A stretch of 64,000 bases of DNA from Bacteroidota bacterium (GTDB taxonomy: Bacteria; Bacteroidota; Bacteroidia; 2-12-FULL-35-15). The position numbers and the translations under genes are program-made. Positions within the stretch are counted from its first letter, which is position 1; every line of letters begins with the position of its first letter. Shown one piece after another: positions 51,958-61,604 of the stretch. The stretch covers positions 77,125 through 141,124 of the forward strand of contig JAOQAG010000051.1 of NCBI GenBank assembly GCA_025963715.1, in the 5' to 3' direction. The notes beneath the pieces were generated by a model. The model was not told where the DNA came from. It ran no database searches and was given only the letters and a program-made list of their open reading frames with translations.

Positions 51958-53142
51958 ATGAATTTTAAAAAACAATTAATCATCGCGATGGCTTTTGTAA
52001 GTGTTTCTGCATTTGCGCAGACGCCGACACCGCAAACGTTTACCAACAAAAAAGACGGTAATTATAAATTTACTGTTGTGAAAAACCTGGATGCTACAGC
52101 AGTTCAGGATCAGGCGCATTCCGGTACCTGCTGGACGTTCTCTTCCCTTTCTTTTATTGAATCGGAATTGTTGCGCATGGGAAAACCGAAAGTAAATCTT
52201 TCTGAAATGTTCATCGTGCATAACGCGTACAATATGAAAGCAGACAAATATGTGCGCATGCACGGTTCTGTTAATTTTGGCGAAGGTGGAGCATTTCACG
52301 ATGTAATGGCGGTAGTGAAAGATTCGGGAATTGTGCCGCAAATGGTTTACTCCGGATTTGCAAACGGTGAAAAAGATGTGAATGGCGAGAAAAAGATCAA
52401 TCATAGCGAACTGGATGCACTTACGAAAAACATCGTGGAAACGGTAGTCAAAAGTGATAAGCCGGGAATTGCATGGAAAAAAGCATTTAACGGTACGTTG
52501 GATGCCTACCTTGGCCCGATCCCTAAAACATTTACCTACGAAGGAAAACAATACACTCCGCAAACATTCCGCGATATGTTAGGGATCAATCCTAACAATT
52601 ACATTGAGATCAGCTCTTTTAATCATCACCCGTTTTATTCCAAATTTGTATTGGAAGTGCCGGATAATTGGGCGGCTGACCAGGTGTATAACCTGCCTTT
52701 GGACGAAATGATCGCGGTAATGGATAATGCGCTGATGAACGGATACACGATTGCATGGGGCGCGGATGTAAGTGAAAAAGGATTTTCTTTCAAAAACGGT
52801 GTAGCTATTGTTCCTGACCTGGAATGGGGCGATGTGAAAAAAGAAAAAATGGATTCTGTTATTTTAAATCCGGGAAAGCAAAAAGTGATCACACAGGAGA
52901 TGCGCCAGGAAGCGTTCAATAATTACGAAACGCAGGATGACCATGGAATGCACATTGTAGGGATTGTGAAAGACCAGAATGGTGTAAAATACTACATTGT
53001 AAAAAACTCATGGGGAGTTAAAGGAAACGATTGTGACGGTTTCTTTTATGCATCTGAAGCGTATGTAAAATACAAAACTACTTCGATCATGCTTAATAAA
53101 GATGGTGTGAGCAAAGACATTGCTAAAAAACTAGGCTTGTAA
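51958..53142 (+). CDS. Secreted C1B cysteine aminopeptidase (PepC/bleomycin hydrolase family)
   Basis: Signal peptide, DQ..SGTCWTFS (catalytic Cys), DDHGMHIVG (His), KNSWG (Asn). Confidence 0.92.
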   Translation: MNFKKQLIIAMAFVSVSAFAQTPTPQTFTNKKDGNYKFTVVKNLDATAVQDQAHSGTCWTFSSLSFIESELLRMGKPKVNLSEMFIVHNAYNMKADKYVRMHGSVNFGEGGAFHDVMAVVKDSGIVPQMVYSGFANGEKDVNGEKKINHSELDALTKNIVETVVKSDKPGIAWKKAFNGTLDAYLGPIPKTFTYEGKQYTPQTFRDMLGINPNNYIEISSFNHHPFYSKFVLEVPDNWAADQVYNLPLDEMIAVMDNALMNGYTIAWGADVSEKGFSFKNGVAIVPDLEWGDVKKEKMDSVILNPGKQKVITQEMRQEAFNNYETQDDHGMHIVGIVKDQNGVKYYIVKNSWGVKGNDCDGFFYASEAYVKYKTTSIMLNKDGVSKDIAKKLGL

Positions 53143-53345
53143 AACTGAAATGGATGTTTGATGTTAGACTGTGTGAAGGAGATGTATTTGCTGTGTGGAA
53201 TTGGAACGCTGATCTGTTAGGATTTTTTATGATAAAAAAGGATAGCTGCGTTTGCTTGTGCTAATATGATAAAATAGGATTAGCGCCGTTTCTTGTTCGA
53301 GCGAAGCCAGGAAATAAACATTTTTATAGAAACATATAAATTCAA

Positions 53346-53378
53346 AACAAAAGCGAAGCACAATGCTTCGCTTTTGTT
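53346..53378. terminator. Bidirectional terminator between convergent genes
   Basis: AACAAAAGCGAAGCA-CAA-TGCTTCGCTTTTGTT. Confidence 0.8.
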
Positions 53379-53475
53379 ATTTTTTAAATACAGAAGAAAG
53401 ATGAACTTTTTACAAACACAGCATCTGCGCAAAGCAAACTTTAAACTTTTGAACTTTAAACTTTGAACTACATTA

Positions 53476-54348
53476 TTATTTTACAATTTTTCCATTTTCA
53501 AATGCAACAATAAATGCACCCTGGAACCCTTTGTCGATCATTTCTTTTTTGCGTTTTACAGCTTCGTCGTATGTTTTAAAATTACCGCTGAAATATTTGG
53601 TCATGCCGTTATCCAATTGCAGCGTTGATGGCTCGGAAACGCCATCAATGTGCGGTTTTTGACTGAATGCACCGATCTGTACTTTGTAGGTACGGCCCGG
53701 AATGCTTGCAGCAGCAGCGGTAGCAGGTACCGGAGCAGGTGTTGGTTTTGTAACAACAGGAGGCGCTTCTTTTTTAGTTTCTACCGGTTTTGGTTTTTCC
53801 GCAACAGGTGCAGGTGTTGAAGCAGGTGTTGGTTTCGGCGTTTCAGCAACCACCGGTTTTGTTTCTGCTGGTGCCGGTGTGCTTTCTTTTACAGGTTCGG
53901 TTTTTACAGGCGTTGGAGCAGGAGCGGAGCCGCCAATGCTTACGGCTTGTGGCGCTATATCAAATACTTTGCGCTCGTTACCCATTACGTAGGAAAATTT
54001 CCCGCCAATGGAAAGTGTTCCGCTTGCACCTGCCGGAACCGTGATTTTATAAGTGATCACAAACTGGTCGGTGCTGGGTGGTGAGATCCAGATGATCTTA
54101 GCGCCATTATCGGCAAATGTAAAATTCCCTCCTTTGCTATCAATATCGGTGGCTGTATAATTGGCAGGCAGTTCCTGGAAATATTTCATAAACCCGCTTA
54201 CCCCGGCTTTATTTACGGTAATCTCCACGGTAAAATCTTTACCGGGTGCCGCCGAGCTTACTGTTTTAACGGTTGCGGTAATATCCTGTGCAGAAGCAGC
54301 CAGTGAGGCGGTCAAAATTAACAGGAGCATGTTTAATTTTTTTAGCAT
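53476..54348 (-). CDS. Secreted protein with Ig/cohesin-like N-domain, Pro/Thr linker and C-terminal SPOR-like domain
   Basis: Signal peptide, PAPT-rich linker, YKVQIGAFS...KYFSGNF...A......GFQGAFIVAF.NG. Confidence 0.8.
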   Translation of the reverse strand: MLKKLNMLLLILTASLAASAQDITATVKTVSSAAPGKDFTVEITVNKAGVSGFMKYFQELPANYTATDIDSKGGNFTFADNGAKIIWISPPSTDQFVITYKITVPAGASGTLSIGGKFSYVMGNERKVFDIAPQAVSIGGSAPAPTPVKTEPVKESTPAPAETKPVVAETPKPTPASTPAPVAEKPKPVETKKEAPPVVTKPTPAPVPATAAAASIPGRTYKVQIGAFSQKPHIDGVSEPSTLQLDNGMTKYFSGNFKTYDEAVKRKKEMIDKGFQGAFIVAFENGKIVK

Positions 54349-54415
54349 TTGTATCTCTATTTTTAAGGGATACCAAAATTAAGAAAATTCCTTAATTTGG
54401 CTAATAAATTTATCA

Positions 54416-55621
54416 TTGAAAAAAAGCATTGAAATACTCTCGCCTGAACAGGTAAAAACGCTTGCTCTGCACAGTCAGGGCTTGCTGTTGCCCGCTTATG
54501 GCAAAGGAAACAAAGCGGTTGTTGCCGCCATTGAGCATTTGGGTTATGTACAAATTGATACGCTGGCGGTGGTAGCGCGGGCGCATCATCATACCTTATG
54601 GAGCCGTTTGCCGGATTATAATGAAAAACGGCTGCACACTTTATTGGAAAACGACAAACAAATTTTTGAATACTGGAGTCATGCGGCTTCGTACCTGCCG
54701 ATGAGCGATTACCGTTTTTCGCTGCCGCGTAAAAAAGCATACGCTGATGGAAAATCGCATTGGTTTGCGCAGGATAAAAAATTAAAAAAATATGTGCTTG
54801 ATCGCATTAAAGCGGAAGGTGCATTACAATCGAAGGATTTTGAATTTAAGCGTACCGGCCCGGGAAACTGGTATGAATGGAAACCTGCAAAACGTGCATT
54901 GGAACAATTGTTCATGGAAGGCGAGCTGATGGTTGCAAAACGACAAGGCTTTCAGAAAGTATATGATCTTACGGAACGTGTGCTTCCGGCAGAAGTAAAT
55001 ACCATCGTGCCAACGGAAAAAGAATATGCGGAATATTTGATCCGGAAAGCGATCCAGTCGAACGGAATTGCGGAAGAAAAAGAAATTGCCTACATCCGAA
55101 AAGGCTTGAGGGAAGTGATCAATAAAGCATTAAAAAAAATGCTGAAAGACGGTGAGTTGATGGAAGTGAAAGTAGAAGGATTGGGTGAAACGTTGTTTGT
55201 GACAAGCGCCGCGCAATTAAAATCGATTGAAAAAATAAAAGAGAAAAAAAACATTCAATTGCTTTCTCCTTTTGATAATGCGGTAATTCAGCGGAAGCGT
55301 GTACAGCGTTTTTTTGATTTTGATTACCAGATCGAATGTTATGTGCCGGAACCGAAGCGGAAGTTTGGCTATTTTTGTTTGCCGGTATTGTACGGGCATT
55401 CTTTTGTAGCGCGCTTTGACCCGAAAGCGGACCGTGCATCAAAAATATTTTACATCAAACAAATGCATTTCGAAAAAAGCTTTGTGCCGGATGCCGATTT
55501 TAATGCGGCTTTTGCATTGCGTTTAAAGGAGTTTGCAGCATTTAACGGTTGTACAAAAATTGTGATCGATAAGGCAGATGCGAAGTGGAAAAAGGAAATG
55601 AAAAATAATTTGAAAATTTGA
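54416..55621 (+). CDS. YcaQ-like (HTH_42) interstrand-crosslink DNA glycosylase
   Basis: QxD motif (VQIDT..VVARAHH..LWSR), FEYWSHAAS, YDLTERVLP, LSPFDN, YVPEPKRKFGYF.LP. Confidence 0.87.
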   Translation: MKKSIEILSPEQVKTLALHSQGLLLPAYGKGNKAVVAAIEHLGYVQIDTLAVVARAHHHTLWSRLPDYNEKRLHTLLENDKQIFEYWSHAASYLPMSDYRFSLPRKKAYADGKSHWFAQDKKLKKYVLDRIKAEGALQSKDFEFKRTGPGNWYEWKPAKRALEQLFMEGELMVAKRQGFQKVYDLTERVLPAEVNTIVPTEKEYAEYLIRKAIQSNGIAEEKEIAYIRKGLREVINKALKKMLKDGELMEVKVEGLGETLFVTSAAQLKSIEKIKEKKNIQLLSPFDNAVIQRKRVQRFFDFDYQIECYVPEPKRKFGYFCLPVLYGHSFVARFDPKADRASKIFYIKQMHFEKSFVPDADFNAAFALRLKEFAAFNGCTKIVIDKADAKWKKEMKNNLKI

Positions 55622-55659
55622 AAATTTGAAAATTTGGAAATTTGCTGTATGGAAGAAAG

Positions 55660-55926
55660 GGATTACTGATGTGCAGATTACTAATGTGCAGATTTGCCGG
55701 ATGCTTAAAAGAACTAAACCCTTTCAGGGCTTTTTTGTCCCTGGAAGGGTTAGATAGCAAACGTTGGAATGGAAAAGATTACTGATTTCTGATGTACAGA
55801 TGAGAAAAATGTTGCCACAGATTCACGGATTAAAAAATTAAAAAAAGAAATTACACAAATCTTAAAATCGCTTTGCGATTTAATCCGGGTAATAATTTTT
55901 TCATTAAAAATCTGTGAATCTGTGGC
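55660..55926. repeat. ~160-bp direct repeat copy 1 plus GCCACAG-bounded inverted repeat
   Basis: 55660-55820 matches 56334-56487. Contains hairpin AACCCTTTCAGGG..CCCTGGAAGGGTT. Arms at 55814-55831 and 55909-55926. Confidence 0.88.
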
Positions 55927-55960
55927 TCTTCATTTTCAGTCTTAAAAATAATTTAAAAAA

Positions 55961-56332
55961 ATGCCGAACCAAACCGAAATAGAAATAAAAGAGCAGGAGG
56001 AAGTTGAAACCGAAACGATGGTGGCGGAGGAAGGTCAAACGATCGTGCATTGTATTTGCGGTGCGGAAGCGGCTTACCGGATTTGGCCAAGCACATTTTT
56101 GATCGAGCATGGAACCGGAAAACGCGCCAAACTGATCACCGCATTTAACATTAGTTTTTATCCGTACTGGACATTAAAAAATGCCGGACAAAAATTTACG
56201 TTGATCTTTGAAGGGTTAAGCCGCAATTGCATTATGCTGGACCTGAAAGAAGAGATCCCGCAGGATGGCGGCTTTGAAGTAAAAAATATTTTGAGAAATA
56301 ACAGCGATGTGTATACGGTACATATCGGGTAA
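55961..56332 (+). CDS. Hypothetical protein
   Basis: Clean 123-aa ORF with RIWPSTFL, FTLIFEGL and GGF.V.NI.RN.SDVY.V segments and an acidic N-terminus. Confidence 0.75.
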   Translation: MPNQTEIEIKEQEEVETETMVAEEGQTIVHCICGAEAAYRIWPSTFLIEHGTGKRAKLITAFNISFYPYWTLKNAGQKFTLIFEGLSRNCIMLDLKEEIPQDGGFEVKNILRNNSDVYTVHIG

Positions 56333-56333
56333 T

Positions 56334-56512
56334 GGATTACTGATTTCTGATGTGCAAATGTGCAAATTTGCCGGATGCTTAAAAGAACCAGAGCCTTTCA
56401 GGGCTTTTTTGTCCCTGGAAGGGTTAGATAGCAAACATTAGTATGGAAAAGATTTCTGATGTGCAGATGAAAAAAATGTTGCCACAGCCCCGATAGCTAT
56501 CGGGGCTGTGGC
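56334..56512. repeat. ~155-bp direct repeat copy 2 ending in a perfect 32-bp palindrome
   Basis: GCCACAGCCCCGATAGCTATCGGGGCTGTGGC at 56481-56512. Confidence 0.88.
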
Positions 56513-56538
56513 TATAAATTTTAACCTGCCGCTGTAAA

Positions 56539-56880
56539 TTATCCCTGCGAATTGATCACTCCCCTGAAAAATTGAAATCCGCCAAAAACAATGGCGCCCC
56601 AGAATATAAAACCGATGTTGGACAATGTTAATACTGTTCCGCCAACGCACCACAACGCGCCGTAAAGCATATCTTTTTGCGCTCTTGATTTTTTTGCTTC
56701 AACAATTTGTTGTTCCAGGTTGGTAACTACAATGCGCGCGCTTTCGCTGTCGAGCCCTTCGTTAATAAGCATGTTTTGCACTTCGTAACCGGTTTTTCCT
56801 GAATGTACAAGTAAATGTGCAGCGCGGTTGTATACAGCTGTTACTGCCTGGTCTGTTGTTTGAGTTGTTTCTGTTTCCAT
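56539..56880 (-). CDS. Hypothetical membrane protein
   Basis: C-terminal hydrophobic hairpin DMLYGALWCVGG...FWGAIVFGGFQFFRG. Confidence 0.75.
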   Translation of the reverse strand: METETTQTTDQAVTAVYNRAAHLLVHSGKTGYEVQNMLINEGLDSESARIVVTNLEQQIVEAKKSRAQKDMLYGALWCVGGTVLTLSNIGFIFWGAIVFGGFQFFRGVINSQG

Positions 56881-56936
56881 GAGTAGTGGTTTAGATTCAT
56901 TTCAAATTTAATAAAATAGTTGAAAGATGCAAAAAA

Positions 56937-57680
56937 CTATTGTGCTCCATCATTATCCCAACCATTACTGTCTTTATTGTCTGCAAAATTTATTAGCTTG
57001 TAGCTAACGCCGATCAGTGTGGTAATGCCCGATTGCCGGAATTTAGCAATGTCGGTTTTGTCTTTATTAGCCACATTTAACCGTCGCCAGTTGGGCTTGG
57101 ATACATCATATTCTGCTTCCGCGATGAGCGTGACCGTAAATTTTCCGATCAGCAGTTTGGGCTGGATGCCGACCTTTGGCGAGAAAAAAGGATTTTTTTG
57201 CCTCACCTGCTCATCTCCGTAAAAGCGAAGTCTGCCGGTATTAAATCCAACATACAATATGGTTAAAAAATGTTGGTTGTCGCTTTCAAATGCGCCGCCA
57301 TAAGCAAAACTAAATATAAAGCCGGTCATTTTACAATGAATGGAATCATTGATGCGCACCGGTTGCGGGATCACATAACTGTATAACATGTGCCCGTAAA
57401 AATCACTACTCCGGTTTAAAAGATAATGTCCGCTTCCACCAACGCTGATCAGCTGCGCAGGCTGGCTGATCTTAAATTTATAAACGGTATTGAGTTGTTT
57501 TCCGAAACTGTGAAAGAATGTTTTATAACCGTAATAAACATCAAAATAAGAAGGACCGTTATTGGCGGTATCTTTTTTTGTGGCTGTTTCTTTAACCGGC
57601 TTCTGTACTTTTATCGTACCTGTTTGTGCCGAAAGAACAATGCTGAACAGAAGAAGAAAGGAGAGTAGTTTTAGCTTCAT
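56937..57680 (-). CDS. Hypothetical secreted, probable outer-membrane beta-barrel protein
   Basis: Signal peptide, aromatic-rich alternating strands, terminal strand LIGVSYKL. Confidence 0.6.
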   Translation of the reverse strand: MKLKLLSFLLLFSIVLSAQTGTIKVQKPVKETATKKDTANNGPSYFDVYYGYKTFFHSFGKQLNTVYKFKISQPAQLISVGGSGHYLLNRSSDFYGHMLYSYVIPQPVRINDSIHCKMTGFIFSFAYGGAFESDNQHFLTILYVGFNTGRLRFYGDEQVRQKNPFFSPKVGIQPKLLIGKFTVTLIAEAEYDVSKPNWRRLNVANKDKTDIAKFRQSGITTLIGVSYKLINFADNKDSNGWDNDGAQ

Positions 57681-57812
57681 ATTATTTTTAAATAACTATC
57701 TGTTTTTTATAAAGAAAATCTTAATTTTTCGTCATTGCGAGGGCTTAAAGTAATTTTATTTTTATGGAATAAAGTTCCCGGTATTCATATTGTTTTATTC
57801 GTTCTTAATTGG

Positions 57813-57891
57813 CAGATCCCGGGTCAGGCCCGGGATGACAGCTAAGGAAATTATTTCTGTTTCCATAAATAACATTGTCCTACAACATAAC
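57813..57891. repeat. Half copy of the 128-bp family-B element
   Basis: REP hairpin plus TATTTCTGTTTCCAT...TACAACATAAC tail shared with 19861-19930 and the reverse complement of 27018-27099. Confidence 0.8.
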
Positions 57892-57931
57892 TTTCTTTCT
57901 TAATTAACAGATTCCGTATCCTTCGTTTTAT

Positions 57932-59035
57932 TTAAAAATCAGTTGAAAATAATTTTAACTGCCGGTAATTTCCTTTTTCTACAATCCTTTCCGGGATCTC
58001 ATTAAAATTTGATAATGAAATTCCCAGCAAGCGCACTTTTACATTTTCCAAACCACTTTTTAATAACAGGTCTTTTGCTGTTTGCGCAATTGTTTCCAGA
58101 TCGCCCACCGGGTAAGGAAAAGAATGATTGCGGGTGATCTGTTTAAAATCGTGGTACTTTACTTTGAGCGTAATGGTGCGGCCTTTCAAATCATATTTTT
58201 TTAAGCGTTCAAATACGATCAATGCGATCTTATCCAGTTCTTCATTCATTTCTTCCTCCGTTCGCAAATCGTAGCTGAATGTATCTTCGGCACCCAGCGA
58301 TTTTGTTTCACGGTCGGGCTGCACGATCCTGTTATCAATACCGCGCACAATTTTATAAAAAAAGCGACCGGATTTTCCGAAATGTTTTACCAGTTCGTCT
58401 TCACTTAATTTTTTAAGATCGGCACCGGTATGTAAGCCCATTCCTTTCATTTTATCGGCAGTCACTTTTCCTACGCCGAAGAATTTTTCAACAGGTAATT
58501 TTTCCATGAATGCTTCGATTTTCGACGGGCCAATGAACGTAAGACCATCGGGCTTGTTGATATCGGAAGCGATCTTCGCTACAAACTTGCTGGAGGAAAC
58601 GCCTGCGGATGCTGTTAATCCAGTTTCTTCTTTGATCTGTTTCCTGATGAGCTTTGCAATATCAATGGCAGAGCCAATGTTGAGCTTGTCATGGGTGACA
58701 TCCAAATACGCTTCGTCGAGCGAAAGCGGTTCAATAATATCGGTATAGCGGTGGAATATTTCGCGGATCTGCCTGGAAACCTCTCTGTAGGCTGCAAAGC
58801 GTGGGTATACAAAAATTACATGCGGACAAAGCTGTACTGCTTTTTTACTGGGCATGGCCGAACGGATCCCGAATTTGCGTGCTTCATAACTGGCTGCTGC
58901 TACCACACCGCCGCGTCCTTCCGGCCCACCGCCCACCACAATCGGCTTACCGCGATAATCGGGATTATCGCGCTGCTCCACCGATGCATAAAATGCATCC
59001 ATATCGATGTGAATTATTTTGTGAGTAGCATCCAT
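57932..59035 (-). CDS. dinB: DNA polymerase IV
   Basis: IIHIDMDAFYASVEQRD, ASYEARKFG, SLDEAYLD, KPDG, VRLLGIS, C-terminal QLKLF. Confidence 0.96.
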   Translation of the reverse strand: MDATHKIIHIDMDAFYASVEQRDNPDYRGKPIVVGGGPEGRGGVVAAASYEARKFGIRSAMPSKKAVQLCPHVIFVYPRFAAYREVSRQIREIFHRYTDIIEPLSLDEAYLDVTHDKLNIGSAIDIAKLIRKQIKEETGLTASAGVSSSKFVAKIASDINKPDGLTFIGPSKIEAFMEKLPVEKFFGVGKVTADKMKGMGLHTGADLKKLSEDELVKHFGKSGRFFYKIVRGIDNRIVQPDRETKSLGAEDTFSYDLRTEEEMNEELDKIALIVFERLKKYDLKGRTITLKVKYHDFKQITRNHSFPYPVGDLETIAQTAKDLLLKSGLENVKVRLLGISLSNFNEIPERIVEKGNYRQLKLFSTDF

Positions 59036-59094
59036 GCATTATTCCTTATTACAAAGACGGGTATTGAAATAAACAGTTGTGCCCTGCGATAAAT

Positions 59095-60150
59095 TTATAC
59101 GCGCACACCCATCAGTAAAATATCGTCCACCTGCTCGTTGCTGCCTTTCCAGCTGGCAAACGTACTACTGAGAATGGTTTGCTGCTCCGGCATTGTTTTA
59201 GTATTGACGGATAAAAGTAATTCCTGCATGCGGCTGCTTTTGAATTTTTTATTGTCTTTCCCACCAAACTGATCGGCGAAACCATCACTGAAAATATACA
59301 CGCAATCACCTTTTTTTAATTGCATGGAATGATTTTCAGGCGGAGCAATGACTGTTTCTTCCAGGCTGCCAACAGTGAGCTTGGAACCTTTTATAATTGT
59401 GAGCTTATTATCCGAAACAATATATAGGGGATTGTTAGCGCCTGCATATTCAAGCGTATTTGTTTGTTTGTCGAACGTGCAAAGCGCCATGTCCATTCCA
59501 TCGCGGATGTCGCTTCCCTTATCCTGGTGCAGGATTTTTTTAATCAGTGTATTCATCGAATCCAGCACTTTTGCCGGTTGTGTGATCCCAAGTTCGTTTA
59601 CCGTTTGGTTGATGGCACTATGCCCTACAATGCTTAGCAATGCACCCGGAACGCCATGCCCGGTACAATCCACCGCGGCAATCATAAATTTAGTGTCGTG
59701 GTGCGAAACCCAGTAAAAATCACCGCTTACAATGTCTTTTGGTTGATATAAAATAAAATGTTCCGGTAAAATATTCGTTACAATTTCCCTGGATGGAAGA
59801 ATGGCATTCTGCAAACGTTTTGCATAATTGATACTATCGGTAATGCTTTTATTTTTTTCTTCGATGATCTCGTTTTGTTCTTTCAGCATTTTAGTGGTGC
59901 GCTTGTTCAGCAACAACAAACGGATGGCGCCGATGGCAATAATAATGATGAGCCCTGTTACCAGGAAATACATGTTGCGGTGTGCTTGTTTGTAACACAC
60001 AATGGTATCGTCGCCGCTGCCCGAAAGAATATCCAGCGGAGTGTGATGATGACTTTTTGCGATGGAATCCATGAATGTTTGTTGAGCATCAGTGGAAATC
60101 ACCATCAGCATACATGCGGAAAACAGTAAATAAAAAATGTATTTTTTCAT
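59095..60150 (-). CDS. Membrane SpoIIE/PP2C-type phosphatase with a very short extracytoplasmic segment
   Basis: Signal peptide, TM, SITDSINYAKRLQ, PKDIVSGDFYW, DCTGHGVPGA, DGMD, SDGFADQFGG, DDILLMG. Confidence 0.9.
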   Translation of the reverse strand: MKKYIFYLLFSACMLMVISTDAQQTFMDSIAKSHHHTPLDILSGSGDDTIVCYKQAHRNMYFLVTGLIIIIAIGAIRLLLLNKRTTKMLKEQNEIIEEKNKSITDSINYAKRLQNAILPSREIVTNILPEHFILYQPKDIVSGDFYWVSHHDTKFMIAAVDCTGHGVPGALLSIVGHSAINQTVNELGITQPAKVLDSMNTLIKKILHQDKGSDIRDGMDMALCTFDKQTNTLEYAGANNPLYIVSDNKLTIIKGSKLTVGSLEETVIAPPENHSMQLKKGDCVYIFSDGFADQFGGKDNKKFKSSRMQELLLSVNTKTMPEQQTILSSTFASWKGSNEQVDDILLMGVRV

Positions 60151-60217
60151 GAATAAAGAATAAGAATATTGAGTAAAAACCGTCAGTAAAAGGTAAGCAG
60201 TTTCTTTGGCTTTTTAA

Positions 60218-60244
60218 AATAATGCTATTAATAATAGCATTGTT
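60218..60244. promoter_or_regulatory. Palindromic operator between the divergent phosphatase-dinB and radical SAM genes
   Basis: AATAATGCTATT-AAT-AATAGCATTGTT. Confidence 0.5.
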
Positions 60245-60299
60245 GTTAAAAATGAAACGAATCGTTTTTTAGTCCGTTATTTTGTATAAAGATAAAAAA

Positions 60300-61376
60300 A
60301 TGGACAAGAACGAAGTGGAGGAGAAGTATTTTAAAGGCAGAGGTTCACAAATAAATACTTCCAATAAATTTCTCAAAAATAAGTATGTAACCGAGCACGA
60401 TGAAGTGCTGGATGAACCGTTATTAAGCGATGAAAAAACGCAGGTTTTCCTGGAACATCCCAAAAAGATCGTGAACATAATCAAGAGTCCGGATCTGATG
60501 GGTATGTATTCCATGAACCCGTACCAGGGCTGCGAACATGGCTGCATTTATTGTTATGCGCGTAATACACATGAATATTGGGGATACAGCGCCGGTTTGG
60601 ATTTTGAACGTAAGATCATTGCGAAGCCGAATGCGGCAGAAGTGCTTGCAAAACAATTTATGAATAAGAACTGGGTGGTGGCACCGATCATGTTTTCGGG
60701 AAACACCGATTGTTACCAGCCGCTGGAACGCAAAATGAAGATCACGCGGCAAATGCTGGAAGTGGTCGTAAAATTCCGGCACCCGGTAAGCATGATCACA
60801 AAAAATAGTTTGATCCTGCGGGATATCGACCTTTTACAGGAATTGGCCAAATACAACCTGGTGCATGTAATGGTTTCTATTACGAGCTTGCGCGAAGAAC
60901 TGCGCTTGAAAATGGAACCGCGCACAGCAACAGCAAAAAACAGGTTGAAAGTGATCCGCGAATTGAACAATGCAGGCATCCCGACAGGAGTGATGACTGC
61001 ACCGATCATTCCCGGTTTGAACAGCGATGAGATCCCGCAGCTGATCGAGGCCGCGGCAGATCATGGTGCAGATACGGCGGGCTACACGATCGTGCGGCTG
61101 AATGGCGCTATCGGCGAATTATTCAAAGACTGGATCTATAAAAACTTCCCCGACAGGGCGGAAAAAGTGTTGCACCACATCCAGGAGGTGCATGGCGGTA
61201 CTTTGAGTGATAGCCGCTTTGGAACACGGATGAGTGGGGAAGGGAAGATGGCGCAATCCATCAAACAATTATTTAAGATGGCGGTTAAAAAACATTTATC
61301 GGGGCGTGTGCGGGCTCCGTATGATCTTACTGCTTTCAGGCGGCCGGGAGAGGTGAAGCAGATGGAATTATTTTAG
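60300..61376 (+). CDS. PA0069/Rv2578c-type radical SAM protein (SPL-like)
   Basis: SMNPYQGCEHGCIYCYAR (CxxxCxxC), SGNTDCYQPLE, ITKN.LILRD.D, APIIPGLN, ends QMELF. ATG at 60300. Confidence 0.9.
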   Translation: MDKNEVEEKYFKGRGSQINTSNKFLKNKYVTEHDEVLDEPLLSDEKTQVFLEHPKKIVNIIKSPDLMGMYSMNPYQGCEHGCIYCYARNTHEYWGYSAGLDFERKIIAKPNAAEVLAKQFMNKNWVVAPIMFSGNTDCYQPLERKMKITRQMLEVVVKFRHPVSMITKNSLILRDIDLLQELAKYNLVHVMVSITSLREELRLKMEPRTATAKNRLKVIRELNNAGIPTGVMTAPIIPGLNSDEIPQLIEAAADHGADTAGYTIVRLNGAIGELFKDWIYKNFPDRAEKVLHHIQEVHGGTLSDSRFGTRMSGEGKMAQSIKQLFKMAVKKHLSGRVRAPYDLTAFRRPGEVKQMELF

Positions 61377-61447
61377 TTCATTTGTTCATTGGTATACTGG
61401 TTCATTGGTTTATTGGTGTGTTGTGTGTGAGTTGATGCACTTGGTTT

Positions 61448-61598
61448 ACACACCCCTGGCCCCTCTTAAGAGGGGAATCGAAACATTCAGCTGATTTTTT
61501 ATTTATAGTTTTTAAAATCATTTCAGATTAAATTTTAGAATATGATGGTTCTGATTGCAGGATCAAATTCCCCTCTTGAGAGGGGTTAGGGGTGTGTT
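61448..61598. repeat. REPIN-like inverted pair, family C
   Basis: 61448-61478 is the inverted partner of 61566-61598, which is identical to 12753-12785. Confidence 0.85.
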
Positions 61599-61604
61599 GC
61601 CTTT

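Noticed and set aside
55542-56434. Two similar 72-aa minus-strand ORFs (MLSNPSRDKKALKG...)
   Set aside because: They are translations of the non-coding direct repeat and run into neighbouring genes.
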